A stretch of 64,000 nucleotides of DNA from Octopus sinensis (lineage: Eukaryota). How positions within the stretch are numbered: position 1 is the first letter of the stretch; the number at the start of each line of letters is the position of its first letter. Under the pieces are notes generated by a model, which was not told the DNA's origin, searched no databases, and saw nothing but the letters and a program-made list of their open reading frames with translations. The stretch covers positions 806,001-870,000 of the forward strand of contig NC_042998.1 in NCBI RefSeq assembly GCF_006345805.1. The letters run 5' to 3'. This document shows, one piece after another, positions 25,600 to 38,020 of the stretch. The position numbers and the translations under genes are program-made.

Positions 25600-26525
25600 T
25601 TGGGTCTATCTTCTTTCCGAACAGTTCTCATAGTTTTTCACATCTCTCGTCGTCAATAACAATTTCTTTGGTGCTTTCTGGATAATATTCCTCGTTAGCT
25701 TCACTCTTATTACTGTTTTCATTTTTGTGATTTTCTCCTCTATCTCTGTACTTTTCGCATCTGTTACCATATGCCATTTATATTTTGGTTCTTTTTTATT
25801 TGTTTGTTTCTGTAGTCCCACTTCTTTTTCCACGTTGGCTTCCGTTGATATTGTTGGCATCTCAAGTTGTGCTTTTTGTTTACTCTCCTTTCTTTGATCA
25901 AGTGAACTCTTTGGCGGTGAGTCCACGTCTTCTTTCCTTTTCTTCCTCTTATTCACCACCGTATACTCCTCCTCCACTTTCTCTGTACACTTCTCACATA
26001 CTGGGTTCGTCGATTCGAAATTTTACTCCTGCTTGTCACGCTGCTGCTGTTGTTTCTTTTCACCTTTATCGCCGTTCTAGCGACACCTTGCTCTCATGTG
26101 TCTCCTTACGCCACACTGATAACAGGTTGGAGGTCTTCCCTCCACCACTACTCTCAATTTCACGTCCCCTGGTAATATTATCTCCTCCGCTATCTTATGA
26201 AAGTCTTGCAAACTGACTTGGATGGCCACTTCGAGGCCGTAGCTCCACTAGTTTACCTCTTTCACCCTCGTCACTTTCAGCACCTTCACGTCCTCCTCCA
26301 TATTATACAGGATGGCTGCCACTAGCCACGCCTCCTCAATCTGGCAATCCTTACACTGGTCGCTCGTTTGCCACAGTAAATCGGCAGAAGTGCCCACTCT
26401 GGTGTCCTTAGCCCCACAGTGGTGTGGTTTATCGCTTCTTGTTCACTAACGAACCTTACCTCCACTATGCTGTATTTCCTCCCTCTCGTATAAAATGTTG
26501 TGAGGCTTTTACCTCCTTTAAGCAT
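25600..26525 (-). pseudogene. LINE ORF1 (Tx1/L1-like gag protein) with CCHC zinc knuckle, disrupted
   Basis: Manual translation gives GDVKLRVVVEGRPPTCYQCGVRRHMRARCR (C-x2-C-x4-H-x4-C at 26124-26083), then a K/E-rich region (ORF 25977-25606). N-terminal piece at 26525-26322. Confidence 0.7.
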
Positions 26526-26664
26526 TCCTTAAATTTTTAATATCCAGTTATTATTTTTATTTATTTTTTGTATTCCTATTCATTTGTACATGTTAAGTAA
26601 GATTATATTGAAGATATAGAGTATCATATAAGAGATAGGGTTAGTAAAAAATGTTGAGGAATCC

Positions 26665-26764
26665 AGACCTGAAGATTGGGAGCATGTCGACCCGAGTAAT
26701 TATTGAAACTAAATACCTCGTAACTAATCAATACCGAGATACTTTCATGAAACACGTGTAGTCT
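26665..26764 (+). ncRNA. Type I hammerhead ribozyme with an extended 73-nt stem II
   Basis: AGAC 26665-68 / GUCU 26761-64; CUGAAGA 26669-75; u-UGGGAG / CUUUCA-u; GAAA 26749-52; palindromic stem III ACACGUGU; GUA cleavage after 26760. Confidence 0.75.
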
Positions 26765-27011
26765 TATAAACAGAAAAAACAGGATTCAGAATAGATATAG
26801 TTAGTATAAGATTTAATTTTTTACATGTTATGGAGTGGTGGGTATAAAACCTTCCAGAGTTGATTGAGATGAAGGTGGTTCTGTCTCTAAAATTACTTAT
26901 ATATATATGGATCAAAACAATACCACGAAATTTGAATCAAAATGTTTTGATCCATACATGTAACTCCCAGTAAATGTATTAAGAGGCATTCTTTAGTTTC
27001 CCCACTCACTC

Positions 27012-27070
<59 letters not shown>

Positions 27071-27111
27071 TTAAAAAAGGAGATGTGGAACACGAGTTGT
27101 GATATATAAAA

Positions 27112-27413
27112 AAAGGAAATGAAGAAAATACTGACAAAATAATTTAAGTAAGGAGAGTGTATTTAATTAGGTGAAAGTTCTTTTTACCGGTTGCGCATTT
27201 GTTATGCTTATCAAAAGATATTTTTTAAAAAGAGATAGAGTTCCTTTCTGATAGATTTTTTTCTCAAAAAAATCTATCAGAAAGGAACTCTATCTCTTTT
27301 TAAAAAATATCTTTTGATAAGTATAACAAATGCGCAACCGGTAAAAAGAACTTTCACCTAATTAAATATACTCTCCCTTACTTAAATTATTTTGTCAGCA
27401 TTTTCTTCATTTC

Positions 27414-27417
<4 letters not shown>
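27112..27417. repeat. Near-perfect palindrome, about 150-bp arms and 3-nt loop (ctc, 27263-65)
   Basis: Left arm is the reverse complement of the right arm with only a few differences; flanked by (TA)n. Confidence 0.95.
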
Positions 27418-27457
<40 letters not shown>

Positions 27458-27504
27458 TCTAATGTAGGATAAAATTTTTCGAAAAAAATTCCATCAATGG
27501 CATT

Positions 27505-27558
27505 TATCACTGATGAAGGGAAGGTTCTTATGAACTAACTCTGAAATCGGGTCCGATA
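27505..27558 (+). ncRNA. Type I hammerhead ribozyme with two-part stem II
   Basis: UAUCA CUGAUGA(27510-16) AGGG aa GGUUC uuau GAACU aa CUCU GAAA(27543-46) UCGG GUC CGAUA. Stem I has an A-C mismatch at its innermost pair. Confidence 0.65.
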
Positions 27559-27703
27559 TGGTAATAACAGGATTTTTTAGAAATTTCTGTCGGCTCTCTT
27601 CGAAACGCGTGCTTGTAGTGATGGATTATATGGTTATTGATGTTATGTCTCTTTCGACATATTTTGGCATTAGAAATGTTTTCTTTTCCCTAACCTATAA
27701 ATT

Positions 27704-27798
<95 letters not shown>

Positions 27799-28338
27799 AT
27801 ATATATATACATACATACATACATATATATTATATATATAGGTATATATACATATACATGTATATAGTGATGTGTATATATATATATACACATACACACA
27901 CATACACACACACATACACACACACATATACACACACACACGCGCGCACACACACGCGCACACACACACACCAGTCCATACATATAACCTTAACAATGAA
28001 CAATGAGATAAATAGCGACATAAATAAAGAGATATATATTAGAATAAATACATATTCATATATCGAGAGCAAAGCGTAAATCTTTCGCCTTCCACGCTAA
28101 TTATGAATGAAGGAGACTCTAGTCGTAGTTATTTGCTTTTCACGTGCTCTGGTTATCGAAAAATCGAAAGGAAGCGATGCATAACGAATTGAAACGAATC
28201 AGAACGAAATATTTCTATACTCATACGAACGTAACGTCCTATATATTTAAACTTCACTTAAAGCCCTCAACTGATATCTTGTAAGATTCATCATAGTCTC
28301 GAATTTTTGTCGGAGCTGATGTTGCTAAATATGTTTAA

Positions 28339-28720
28339 GGCGGCGAGATGGCAGAAACCTTAGCACGCCGGGCGAAATGCGTAGCCATATTTCGTCTGCC
28401 GTTACGTTCTGAGTTCAAATTCCGCCGAGGTCGACTTTGCCTTTCATCCTTTCGGGCTCGATAAATTACATACCAGTTACGTACTGGGGTCGATATAATG
28501 GACTTATCCGTTTGTCTGTCCTTGTTTGTCCTCTCTGTGTTTAGCCTCTTATGGGTAGTAAAGAAATAGAAATAGGTATTTCGCCCGTCGCTACGTTCAG
28601 AGTTCAAATGCCGCCGAGGTCGACTCTCCCTTTCAACGTTTCGCGGTCGATAAATTAAGTACCAGTGAATCCCTGCGGTCCACGTAATCGACTCTCACCT
28701 AAAATTCCTTGCTTTGTGCC
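28339..28720 (+). mobile_element. CORE-type tRNA-derived SINE plus a partial tandem second copy
   Basis: ggcggcgagatggcagaaa...gttctgagttcaaattccgccgaggtcgactttgcctttcatcctttcggg..cgataaatta..taccag (CORE-like domain). Confidence 0.85.
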
Positions 28721-28800
28721 TACAGTAAAACATTTTTTTTACGAAATGCACTACTATATTATCATTTTCACTATATATATATACACATGTACCTATGTGT

Positions 28801-29055
28801 GGAGGCAAAATGGCCCAGTGGTTAGGGCAACGGACTCGCGGTTTCGATTTCCAGACCGGGCGTTGTGAGTGTTTATTGAGCGAAAACACCTAAAGCTCCA
28901 CGAGGCTCCGGCAGGGGGTTTGGAGATCCCTGCTGTATTCTTTCACCACAACTTTCTCTCACCCTTTCTTCTGTTGGCCTGATAAAACAATGCGAAGCAC
29001 ATTGTGACCAGCGATGTGTAGCAACATCTGATAGCCTGGTCGGACACTGTGATCA
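28801..29055 (+). mobile_element. Third tRNA-derived SINE family; fuller copy at 32811-33125
   Basis: Head ggaggc..aatggcccagtggttagggc..cggactcg...ggtttcgatt.ccagaccgg (A and B boxes). Confidence 0.8.
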
Positions 29056-29739
29056 CATATATATGTCTATATGTATATGCATACGGATGTGTGTGCATGT
29101 GTGCGTGTGTGTGTGTGTGTATATATTCATATCTATATGAAAGCGCGAAATGAAAACTTAGATGCTGAAGTTATAATAATAATTTCAAATTTTGGCACAA
29201 GGCCAGCAATTTAGGGGCAGAGGGTAAGTCGATTATATCGATCTGAGTACTTATTTTATCGATCCCGGACAGATGAAGGATATAGTCGACCTCACCTGAA
29301 TTTGAACTCACAATATAAAGAGGGGCGTGCTAACAATTCTGCCAGCTCGCGGCCTTCCAACAACAAGAGCAGCAGCAACAACAACAACAACGAGGATTCT
29401 TTCTATTTGCAGCATCTGGCAATTTAAGAAATAAAAAACTTAATAAGCATTGGATAGCACAAAAATATACCCGGTCGTATAAGAGTTATGTAGTTTTAAA
29501 TTATCAGACGATTGTCATAGTCTGTAATTAGTTATGTAGACAAATAAAAGAAAAATCATTAATTAATAGTGTAGTTTTATGTGAGGAAGGTATTGATGAC
29601 CTATTTTGTTATCCCACTTTCGCCGATACCAGTTTAAATTTTCTCCAGTCACCGGTTTTCTATGACAGTAAATAAGCAAGTTTTATATCTATTAAGAAAG
29701 TCTTTATGTACTCTGTCTTTCGACCGCCTCTTTTCTACT

Positions 29740-29779
<40 letters not shown>

Positions 29780-29825
29780 AATCTTTCTCACACACACTGG
29801 CTGTCATACTTTTCTCCCACCCCTC

Positions 29826-29859
<34 letters not shown>

Positions 29860-30339
29860 CTCTCTCTCACGTTCTCTGTCCTGCTTCTCTCTCTCTCATT
29901 ATGTTTCGTTTTCTATTTTCGTCTGGAGAGTTTTAGCCTTCTTTCCAAGTCTGCTTTGACTGGCTTATCAGAAATTTCTTTTTCTTTGCTCAGCACTTCA
30001 CATAATTTTACTTCATACATTTCACCACCCAGTCTGCAGTGTCAATGTCTGATGGTTGTACAAACTTAAAGTACTGTTGCTTTTTTTGATTTGACGAGGA
30101 AAATGATTATCAATAATTTTTAAAAGCGTTTAATTCTCAATTTCGTTTTTGAAATTCACGTTCAATGTCGATCTTATGTCCGTCTCTCGTTTTGTGTCAA
30201 ATAAATTCATAGATTATTTTAATTCAGTACGGTGTATAGCATTCATAGTTATAGCATATTTTCTACCTTTAGCATCTATATTCATCTTTTTTTTTATCAG
30301 TTTGAAGTGACAGGCAATTATATGAAACGATCTTCAGGC

Positions 30340-30630
30340 GATCAGGAAAGCCGAGGTATTGCTTTCCCAAATGACCTCAACGTTAGATTCAGAATTCATC
30401 CAAGGCTGGGATCACGTGCCATAGGCCCTCAACACAATTCAGGATCACAACACAAACTCACTGCAAAACAACTTCTTTTCTTCAACAGGCCCTATTTAAT
30501 ATTATACCAAAATAAAGCGAAGAAGGAAAACGATCCCATCACCTTTAAACGAAACCTGAACAATTTTTTTCAAGGGATCAGCTACCTATATCTGAATACA
30601 TCTCAGTTCCTACTTCAATGGGCCATGAAA
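30340..30630 (+). pseudogene. CR1-like LINE 3' end remnant
   Basis: RLGSRAIGP...GP.LFNIIPK..K.E.DPITFKRNL..F matches CR1 C-termini across frameshifts. Confidence 0.55.
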
Positions 30631-31004
30631 CCACAAAACTTGACCTACAAATGACTTAACAGATCCTATCAAGTTGTGTTATTATGTTAGACATGGCCTG
30701 GGCCAATCCTTGGCCGAAATATATCTAAGTTATTGCTATTTGTATGTAAGTTATTTGTTGTTTACATTGTGTTGTGTGTACGACCTCTTTTGATTTTGTA
30801 TTGAAGCGAATTCTTTTCACTAATATTCACGGTAAACCTAATCGTACCACATCGTCTCATTCACTTTAAACCTTTAATACATTGTGCCCCAGTCAGAAAC
30901 AAGTAGTGTCACCGTCAATATACACACCTTTCTCGTTTAGTTGCATTAACGAAAGGTATATCACATCCAGCATTAACAGTAATACTGTTTTTTTCTCTTC
31001 AGAG

Positions 31005-31450
31005 TCTGAAAATATTTTATCCCCCGACAGTTGCTGAAATTCTACAAGGCTTGTGTACCATAATGGAGTACTACTCACGTATCAGAAACAACGCAGCTGC
31101 TACGTGCGCACACACATTCTGGATCACTCAACTGATTAACATTCAATCACTAACAGACATGTTCCAACCACTGGCCTACAGACATACTCTACCATCTCTT
31201 TGTCGTTTCCCTCGCTGCTATAAAATGGCTGCTTTTCTCGCAACTGCTCATATGTCTCCATCGCTCAAGCATCAACCACCCAAACGTCTCTCCACATCAT
31301 GGCATCCAACAACCTCAGTCCCGCAATAACTATTATAATCACTCCTTTCTCCCCAGAACATTAACCCTCTGGAATTTTTCCCTGCTCATGTTTTATCAAC
31401 AGGTGTTTAACTGCAATAGTTTAAATAGATCAGTAACGGTTTCACACTCA
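31005..31450 (+). pseudogene. L2/Jockey-type LINE RT 3' remnant
   Basis: LLKFYKA...IMEYYSRI.NNAAA...FQPLAYRHTL.SL resembles LYKA.VRP.MEY.SHIW..A...LQPL..RR. Confidence 0.5.
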
Positions 31451-32105
31451 CTGCATTGGACACTGTCTGCAAAAGCCATGGACGCTACCTCTTACTTCAA
31501 ACTCAGCAAACGTGGTGGGAGGAAGCATAAGTAATCGACACGAATAAGAATAAAATGAAATTCATTCGGATGTAGTTAGTACTTCAATATACTTGGTACT
31601 TTTATTATCCACTATCTGTTACATTTAACTTGTTTCAGTCATTGGACTGCGGACATGATGGGGCACCACCTAGAAGGGTTTAGTCAAACGAATTGCTCTT
31701 AGTACTTTTTTTAAAATCTGGTACTGATTTTATCGGTTACAATTGCCGAATCGCTAAGTAAAGATGACGTAAAGAAACCAGCAGTGGTAGTCAAGCAGTG
31801 AGAGGGACAAACGCAGACGAAAATACGTACAACCTTTGTTTGTCTTCAAATTAACAGCCTTTATTTGTTTTATTCTTTTTTTTTTAAGAAAAGGAAACAT
31901 ACATTGGATAATGTAATCTTAGACGAATTACGTTTGGTAAGACAGGATTATCAACAAAAAAACTGAAAATTATTGTGGCTAAATTGCTCACATTGCAACT
32001 ACGTGGTGTCGGGATGAATACCACTGCGTGACACGTTGCACTCCAGGCCCCGGCAAATGATTTTGAGGGAATTTGGTTGATAGAAACTGTGTCGAAGTCT
32101 GTCAT

Positions 32106-32150
<45 letters not shown>

Positions 32151-32358
32151 AAATAAAGATAAATCAATTAATAATTATATTTATTAATTATAAAATAGAC
32201 ATAATCCCTGACAGCTGTTTCGATTCAGACTTTAAGATTTCAATCAAAATAATTAAATCAATATAAAGTTGAATCTCGTGGGAGACAGAAAAAAATTTAT
32301 CATTACATTTTTATGTTTTTATGTGTTAAGTGTACAGAACATTTCAGCTGAGTATTAT

Positions 32359-32429
32359 GGGTATATAGCGTAGTGGTTAAGAGCGCGGGTTACTAACCCC
32401 AAGAATCCGAGTTCGATTCCAGACAGTGA

Positions 32430-32460
<31 letters not shown>
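32359..32460 (+). mobile_element. Short tRNA-like head with (TAA)n tail (SINE or tRNA retropseudogene)
   Basis: A-box tagcgtagtgg and B-box gttcgattcc, followed directly by (taa)n. The acceptor stem does not close, so it is not called a tRNA. Confidence 0.65.
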
Positions 32461-32461
<1 letters not shown>

Positions 32462-32810
32462 TATATATATACACACACATACATATGTGTGTCTGTGCAT
32501 ATGTTGTGTGTGTGTACACGTACGTGAGTCTGCGTGTATTTTTATGTTTGTTCCCTCACCAGTTTATAACTTAGTAGTTCGGCCTAAGAGACTGATCGGA
32601 TAAGTACCGGACTTAGAAATGAGCGCTGGGATTTATTGGTTCAACTAAACCAGGGATTCCCTACCACTTTTTTTTTATCTATAACCCCTTTTATTGCCAT
32701 TTCATTCTGTTGGACCTCCATCGCCATTCGATGTTTAAAAGCTAGTTTTATAGAATGTTATTTATTAATGTTTTCACACATGAATTTGTGTAGGCTAAAC
32801 TATGTATAAG

Positions 32811-33125
32811 GAGGCGCAATGGCCCAGTTGTTAGGGCAGCGGACTCGAAGTCGGAGGATCGCGGTTTCGATTCCCAGACCGGTCATCGTGTGTGTTTATT
32901 GAGCGAAAACACCTAAAGCTCCACGAGGCTCCGGCAGGGGGTAGGGAGGGGTGGCGACCCCTGTTATACTCTCTCGCCCCAACTTTCTCTCACTCTTTCT
33001 TCCTGTTTCTTGAATAACGTTGCGATGGACTGGCGTCCCATCCAGCTGGGTGGAACACATACGCCATAGAAACCGGGAAACCGGGCCCATGAGCCTCGAT
33101 AGGCTTGAAAAGGGCGCATAAATAA
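32811..33125 (+). mobile_element. tRNA-derived SINE (28801 family), full length
   Basis: tRNA-like head, internal gcgatggactggcgtcccatccag motif (resembles the V-SINE domain), A-rich tail. Confidence 0.85.
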
Positions 33126-33169
33126 AATAAATATAACTAGGTATAATGTTAGAGATGGAAACCTAACTG

Positions 33170-34628
33170 GCAATACATACTAATAGCAATACATAATAAT
33201 AACAATACATACTAATAGCAAAGCATACTAATAGCAATACACACTAATAGCAATACATACTAATAGCAATACATACTAATAGCAAAGCATACTAATAGCA
33301 AAACATACTAATTGAAATACATACTAATAGCAAAACATACTAATAGCAAAACATACTAATAGCAAAACATACTAATAGCAATACATACTAATAGCAAAGC
33401 ATACTAATAGCAAAACATACTAATTGAAATACATACTAATAGCAAAACATACTAATAGCAATACACACTAATAGCAATACATACTAATAGCAATACATAC
33501 TAATAGCAAAGCATACTAATAGCAAAACATACTAATTGCAATACATACTAATAGCAAAACATACTAATAGCAAAACATACTAATAGCAAAACATACTAAT
33601 AGCAATACATACTAATAGCAAAGCATACTAATAGCAAAACATACTAATTGAAATACATACTAATAGCAAAACATACTAATAGCAATACACACTAATAGCA
33701 ATACATACTAATAGCAATACATACTAATAGCAAAGCATACTAATAGCAAAACATACTAATTGCAATACATACTAATAGCAAAACATACTAATAGCAAAAC
33801 ATACTAATAGCAAAACATACTAATAGCAAAACATACTAATAGCAAAACATACTAATTGCAATACATACTAATAGCAAAACATACTAATAGCAAAACATAC
33901 TAATAGCAATGCATACTAATAGCAAAACATACTAATAGCAAAACATACTAAGAGCAAAACATACTAATAGCAATACACACTAATAGCAATACATACTAAT
34001 AGCAAAACATACTAATAGTAAAACATACTAATAGCAATACATACTAATAGCAAAACATACTAATAGCAAAACATACTAATAGCAAAACATACTAATAGCA
34101 AAACATACTAATAGCAATACATACTAATAGCAAAACATACTAATAGCAAAACATACTAATAGCAAAACATACTAATAGCAATACATACTAATAGCAAAAC
34201 ATACTAATAGCAATACATACTAATAGCAAAACATACTAATAGCAATACATACTAATAGCAAAACATACTAATAGCAAAACATACTAATAGCAAAACATAC
34301 TAATAGCAAAACATACTAATAGCAATACATACTAATAGCAAAACATACTAATAGCAAAACATACTAATAGCAAAACATACTAATAGCAATACATACTAAT
34401 AGCAAAACATACTAATAGCAATACATACTAATAGCAATACATACTAATAGCAATACGTACTTATAGCAAAACATACTAATAGCAAAACATACTAATAGCA
34501 AAACATACTAATAGCAAAACATACTAATAGCAATACATACTAATAGCAATACATACTAATAGCAAAACATACTAATAGCAAAACATACTAATTGCAATAC
34601 ATACTAATAGCAATACATACTAAAAGCA
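33170..34628. repeat. 16-bp minisatellite (ACATACTAATAGCAA[A/T])n, about 90 units
   Basis: Seen directly, about 1.45 kb. Confidence 0.98.
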
Positions 34629-34629
34629 T

Positions 34630-34818
34630 CTAAAGCCAAATTTTTTTAGGGGCCCTTAAAATACTATTGTGGATCCCCAATTTACTATTTTGTTTTGTGG
34701 ACTTCCCCAAAATCTTATATGGATCCTCAAAAACCATATTGACCCTCAAAGACCATATGGACCCTCAAAGACCATATGGACCCTCGAAGACCATATGGAC
34801 CCTGGTTGAGAACCACTG
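34630..34818. mobile_element. hAT (Charlie-like) MITE end with 20-bp subterminal tandem repeats
   Basis: Ends ggttgagaaccactg (reverse complement of the cagtggttctcaacc TIR), preceded by about 4 copies of ccatatggaccctcaaagac. A similar TIR start, cagcgtttctcaacc, lies near 56112. Confidence 0.6.
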
Positions 34819-35499
34819 AACTAAGCCTTTCAAAGCTGTGCCCCAACATGGCCGCAGTTAAACAACTAAAATAGAGAAAAAGATGGAAGATAAACGGTAA
34901 ATGCATCTGTGTGATATTTCTTTTGAATTCCTTTTCCAAAATAACTGTTTTCGTTTTTCAAACAACGAATTTTATTACCGTCTCCGTATACGACATGTTC
35001 ATTATAGACGAGCTGAGTACTTACTTTCCAACTAGGTTAATAAAGAAAAGCGGGTTGAAAAGAAGCTATTATAAATATACACAACCCCAACAGATACACA
35101 CATACACCCAAACACTAACACACACACACATATACACATACGCACACAGACACGCATATATACGTATGTATGTACATATATATATACATATGTTATGTAC
35201 ACACACACACACACACGCGCATACACAGTGTGCGTGTGTGTGTGTATGTGTGTGTGCGTGCATTTGTGTATGTATGTTAGACATGGCTGAATGACTAAGA
35301 AGTTAGCTTTGCAAGCTAAGATCTCTCAGTTGCGTTTTCTTAATCATTCAGCCATGTCAGCACACGTGTACACACTCACGTATATATTTTTATACTCACC
35401 CGTATATATATAATATATATACATATATGTATACACACACACACACAAACACACACACATATATATATACATACACACATGCATATATATATATATACG

Positions 35500-35607
<108 letters not shown>

Positions 35608-36140
35608 ATTATATATACGAAATGTAGACTTACTAGACTTACTAACTTCAGTACTTTCGCCGGAAAGACACTGTAAGATATAAAAGTTATGCTGATTTGA
35701 GTCAATGATGGTAGCGAGGCACTATTATCATAAACAGTTTTGTCATTACCTTTCTCGGAAGATGAGAGTCATGAAGAAATTTAATTGAACTGATGTTGTG
35801 ATTATGAAAGTTCTTTTCTGACAAGTAGAAGAATAAGTCAACGAATTGTTGTTCACAGTCTTGGAATGCCAGCAGATGAGCAGAACCAGCTAAACACATG
35901 CCTTCCTGTCATCAACCATTACATACCGACCTCTCTGTGAAGCGTATTCGACCGAACCAGACCGAACCGCTCTTAACTGGATCATCAGTTCAATGAATGG
36001 ACGATTCAGCTGTGTCCTGCTATGGACAAGCTACTCCAGATGCTGATTTAGGATTCCTTCAACTTGTCCTGGTCAGTGTGTGTTCCTGTAACTGCTTCAT
36101 ATGGGCAAATGTACGAGTGAATATAATGTTGAAAACCTTC

Positions 36141-36291
36141 GGCTGTGTGATAAGTAGCTTGCTTACCAACCACAAGGTTCCGGGTTCAGTCCCACTGCGT
36201 GGTACCTTGGGCAAGTGTCTTCTACTATAGCCTCAGGCCGACCAAAGCCTTGTGAGTGGATTGGTAGACGAAAACTGAAAGAAGCCAGTCG

Positions 36292-36360
<69 letters not shown>

Positions 36361-37514
36361 ATAAGAGTAAATAATTTCTATAAAGGCTTTTAAAAAAACT
36401 CCAATTATTTACTGGTAGAATTCGGTATGTAAATATAGCCGATTACCGCAGGAACTTCTGTAAAGTTCAGTATATATATTGTATATAAGAAAAAGGGACA
36501 GGCAAACAGGTTGCTTGACCGCATACCGAAAAAATAGAAATAGCAGTCAAGAATGCTTTTTCTATCAAAGTTGGACTCCGGGCATGACAAACCCTGTAAT
36601 TCACATATGCAAAACAGAAGGAATAGATAACGAATACGAAGTCTGGCGGTTATCTGTGAACATCATGTTTCTGGATTATAAACATATTGAATATATATTC
36701 CATATATATTTTTGATATATATTTCATATACATTGCATATATATTTCACATCCTTCTTCAGCACAGCTTTCCATTGAAAAAGATTTATCATAGATTTATC
36801 AAATGCTACGTACCTCAAACCTTCTGACCATGCGACATCAAAATATTTGAAGAAAGTGAGCAAAAGCTAAACCTACATAGACGTTTGAATTCGTAAATCT
36901 TCCCTCCAAAATTTTGCCATGCGCATTACAAAAATAGTTCCATAAGATGGGGAACAATTAGGTTGTCATAAGGGAGTGAAAAATCCAAATAGTAATATAA
37001 TAATAAGAGTAAATAATTTCTATAAAGCCTTTTAAAAAAACCCCAATTATTTACTGGTAGAATTCGGTATGTAAATATAGCCGATTACCGGCAGGAACTT
37101 CTGTAAAGTTCAGTATATATATTGTATATAAGAAAAAGGGACAGGCAAACAGGTTGCTTGACCGCATACCGATGGTCAGAAGGTTTGAGGTACGTAGCAT
37201 TTGATAAATCTATGATAAATCTTTTTCAATGGAAAGCTGTGCTGAAGAAGGATGTGAAATATATATGCAATGTATATGAAATATATATCAAAAATATATA
37301 TGGAATATATATTCAATATGTTTATAATCCAGAAACATGATGTTCACAGATAACCGCCAGACTTCGTATTCGTTATCTATTCCTTCTGTTTTGCATATGT
37401 GAATTACAGGGTTTGTCATGCCCGAAGTCCAACTTTGATAGAAATAAGCATTCTTGACTGCTATTTCTATTTTTTCGGTATGCGGTCAAGCAACCTGTTT
37501 GCCTGTCCCTTTTA

Positions 37515-37565
<51 letters not shown>

Positions 37566-38020
37566 AGAGTTTACGAAATAAACAAAAACGAAGACAGGTG
37601 ATGTACAAAACAAATAGATGTATTAGTATAACGCTCAGGAATAGAAAAAGACTTTTATGTTTCGAGCCTACGTTCTTCTACAGAAAGGGACACAGAAAAA
37701 ACAAGGAGCGAAAAAAATGTGTGTAGTGGCTGACGATCTATCATGGCGTCTGACTCGAACAGAAGGGTCCCACACGAGAAGGAAAGTAGGGGAGATAACA
37801 ATGTATGTGTGTGTATATGTTTGTGTGTCTGTGTTTGTCCCCCCAACATCGCTTGACAACCGATGCTGGTGTGTTTACGTCCCCGTAGCCTAGCGGTTCG
37901 GCGAAAGAGACCGATAGAATAAGTACTAGGCTTACGAAGAATAAGTCCTGGGATCTATTTGCTCGACTAAAGGCGTTGCTCCAGCATGGCCATAATCAAA
38001 TGACTGAAACAAGTAAAAAA
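36141..38020 (+). mobile_element. tRNA-derived SINE (10912 family) split at its internal microsatellite by about 1.5 kb of inserts
   Basis: 5' half at 36141-36300 and 3' half at 37800-38020, in colinear order. Confidence 0.8.
36350..37520. mobile_element. Direct-plus-inverted repeat block with Penelope-like architecture, no ORF
   Basis: 36355-36527 repeats directly at about 36997-37170. About 37171-37518 is the reverse complement of about 36485-36832. Both outer ends lie in (TA)n. Confidence 0.75.

Noticed and set aside
32359-32435. Functional tRNA gene
   Set aside because: A and B boxes are present but the acceptor stem does not pair and a (TAA)n tail follows directly, so it is treated as a retroposed copy.
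33170-34628. 16-bp array as CRISPR or coding repeat
   Set aside because: No unique spacers, and TAA/TAG stops recur in the unit.
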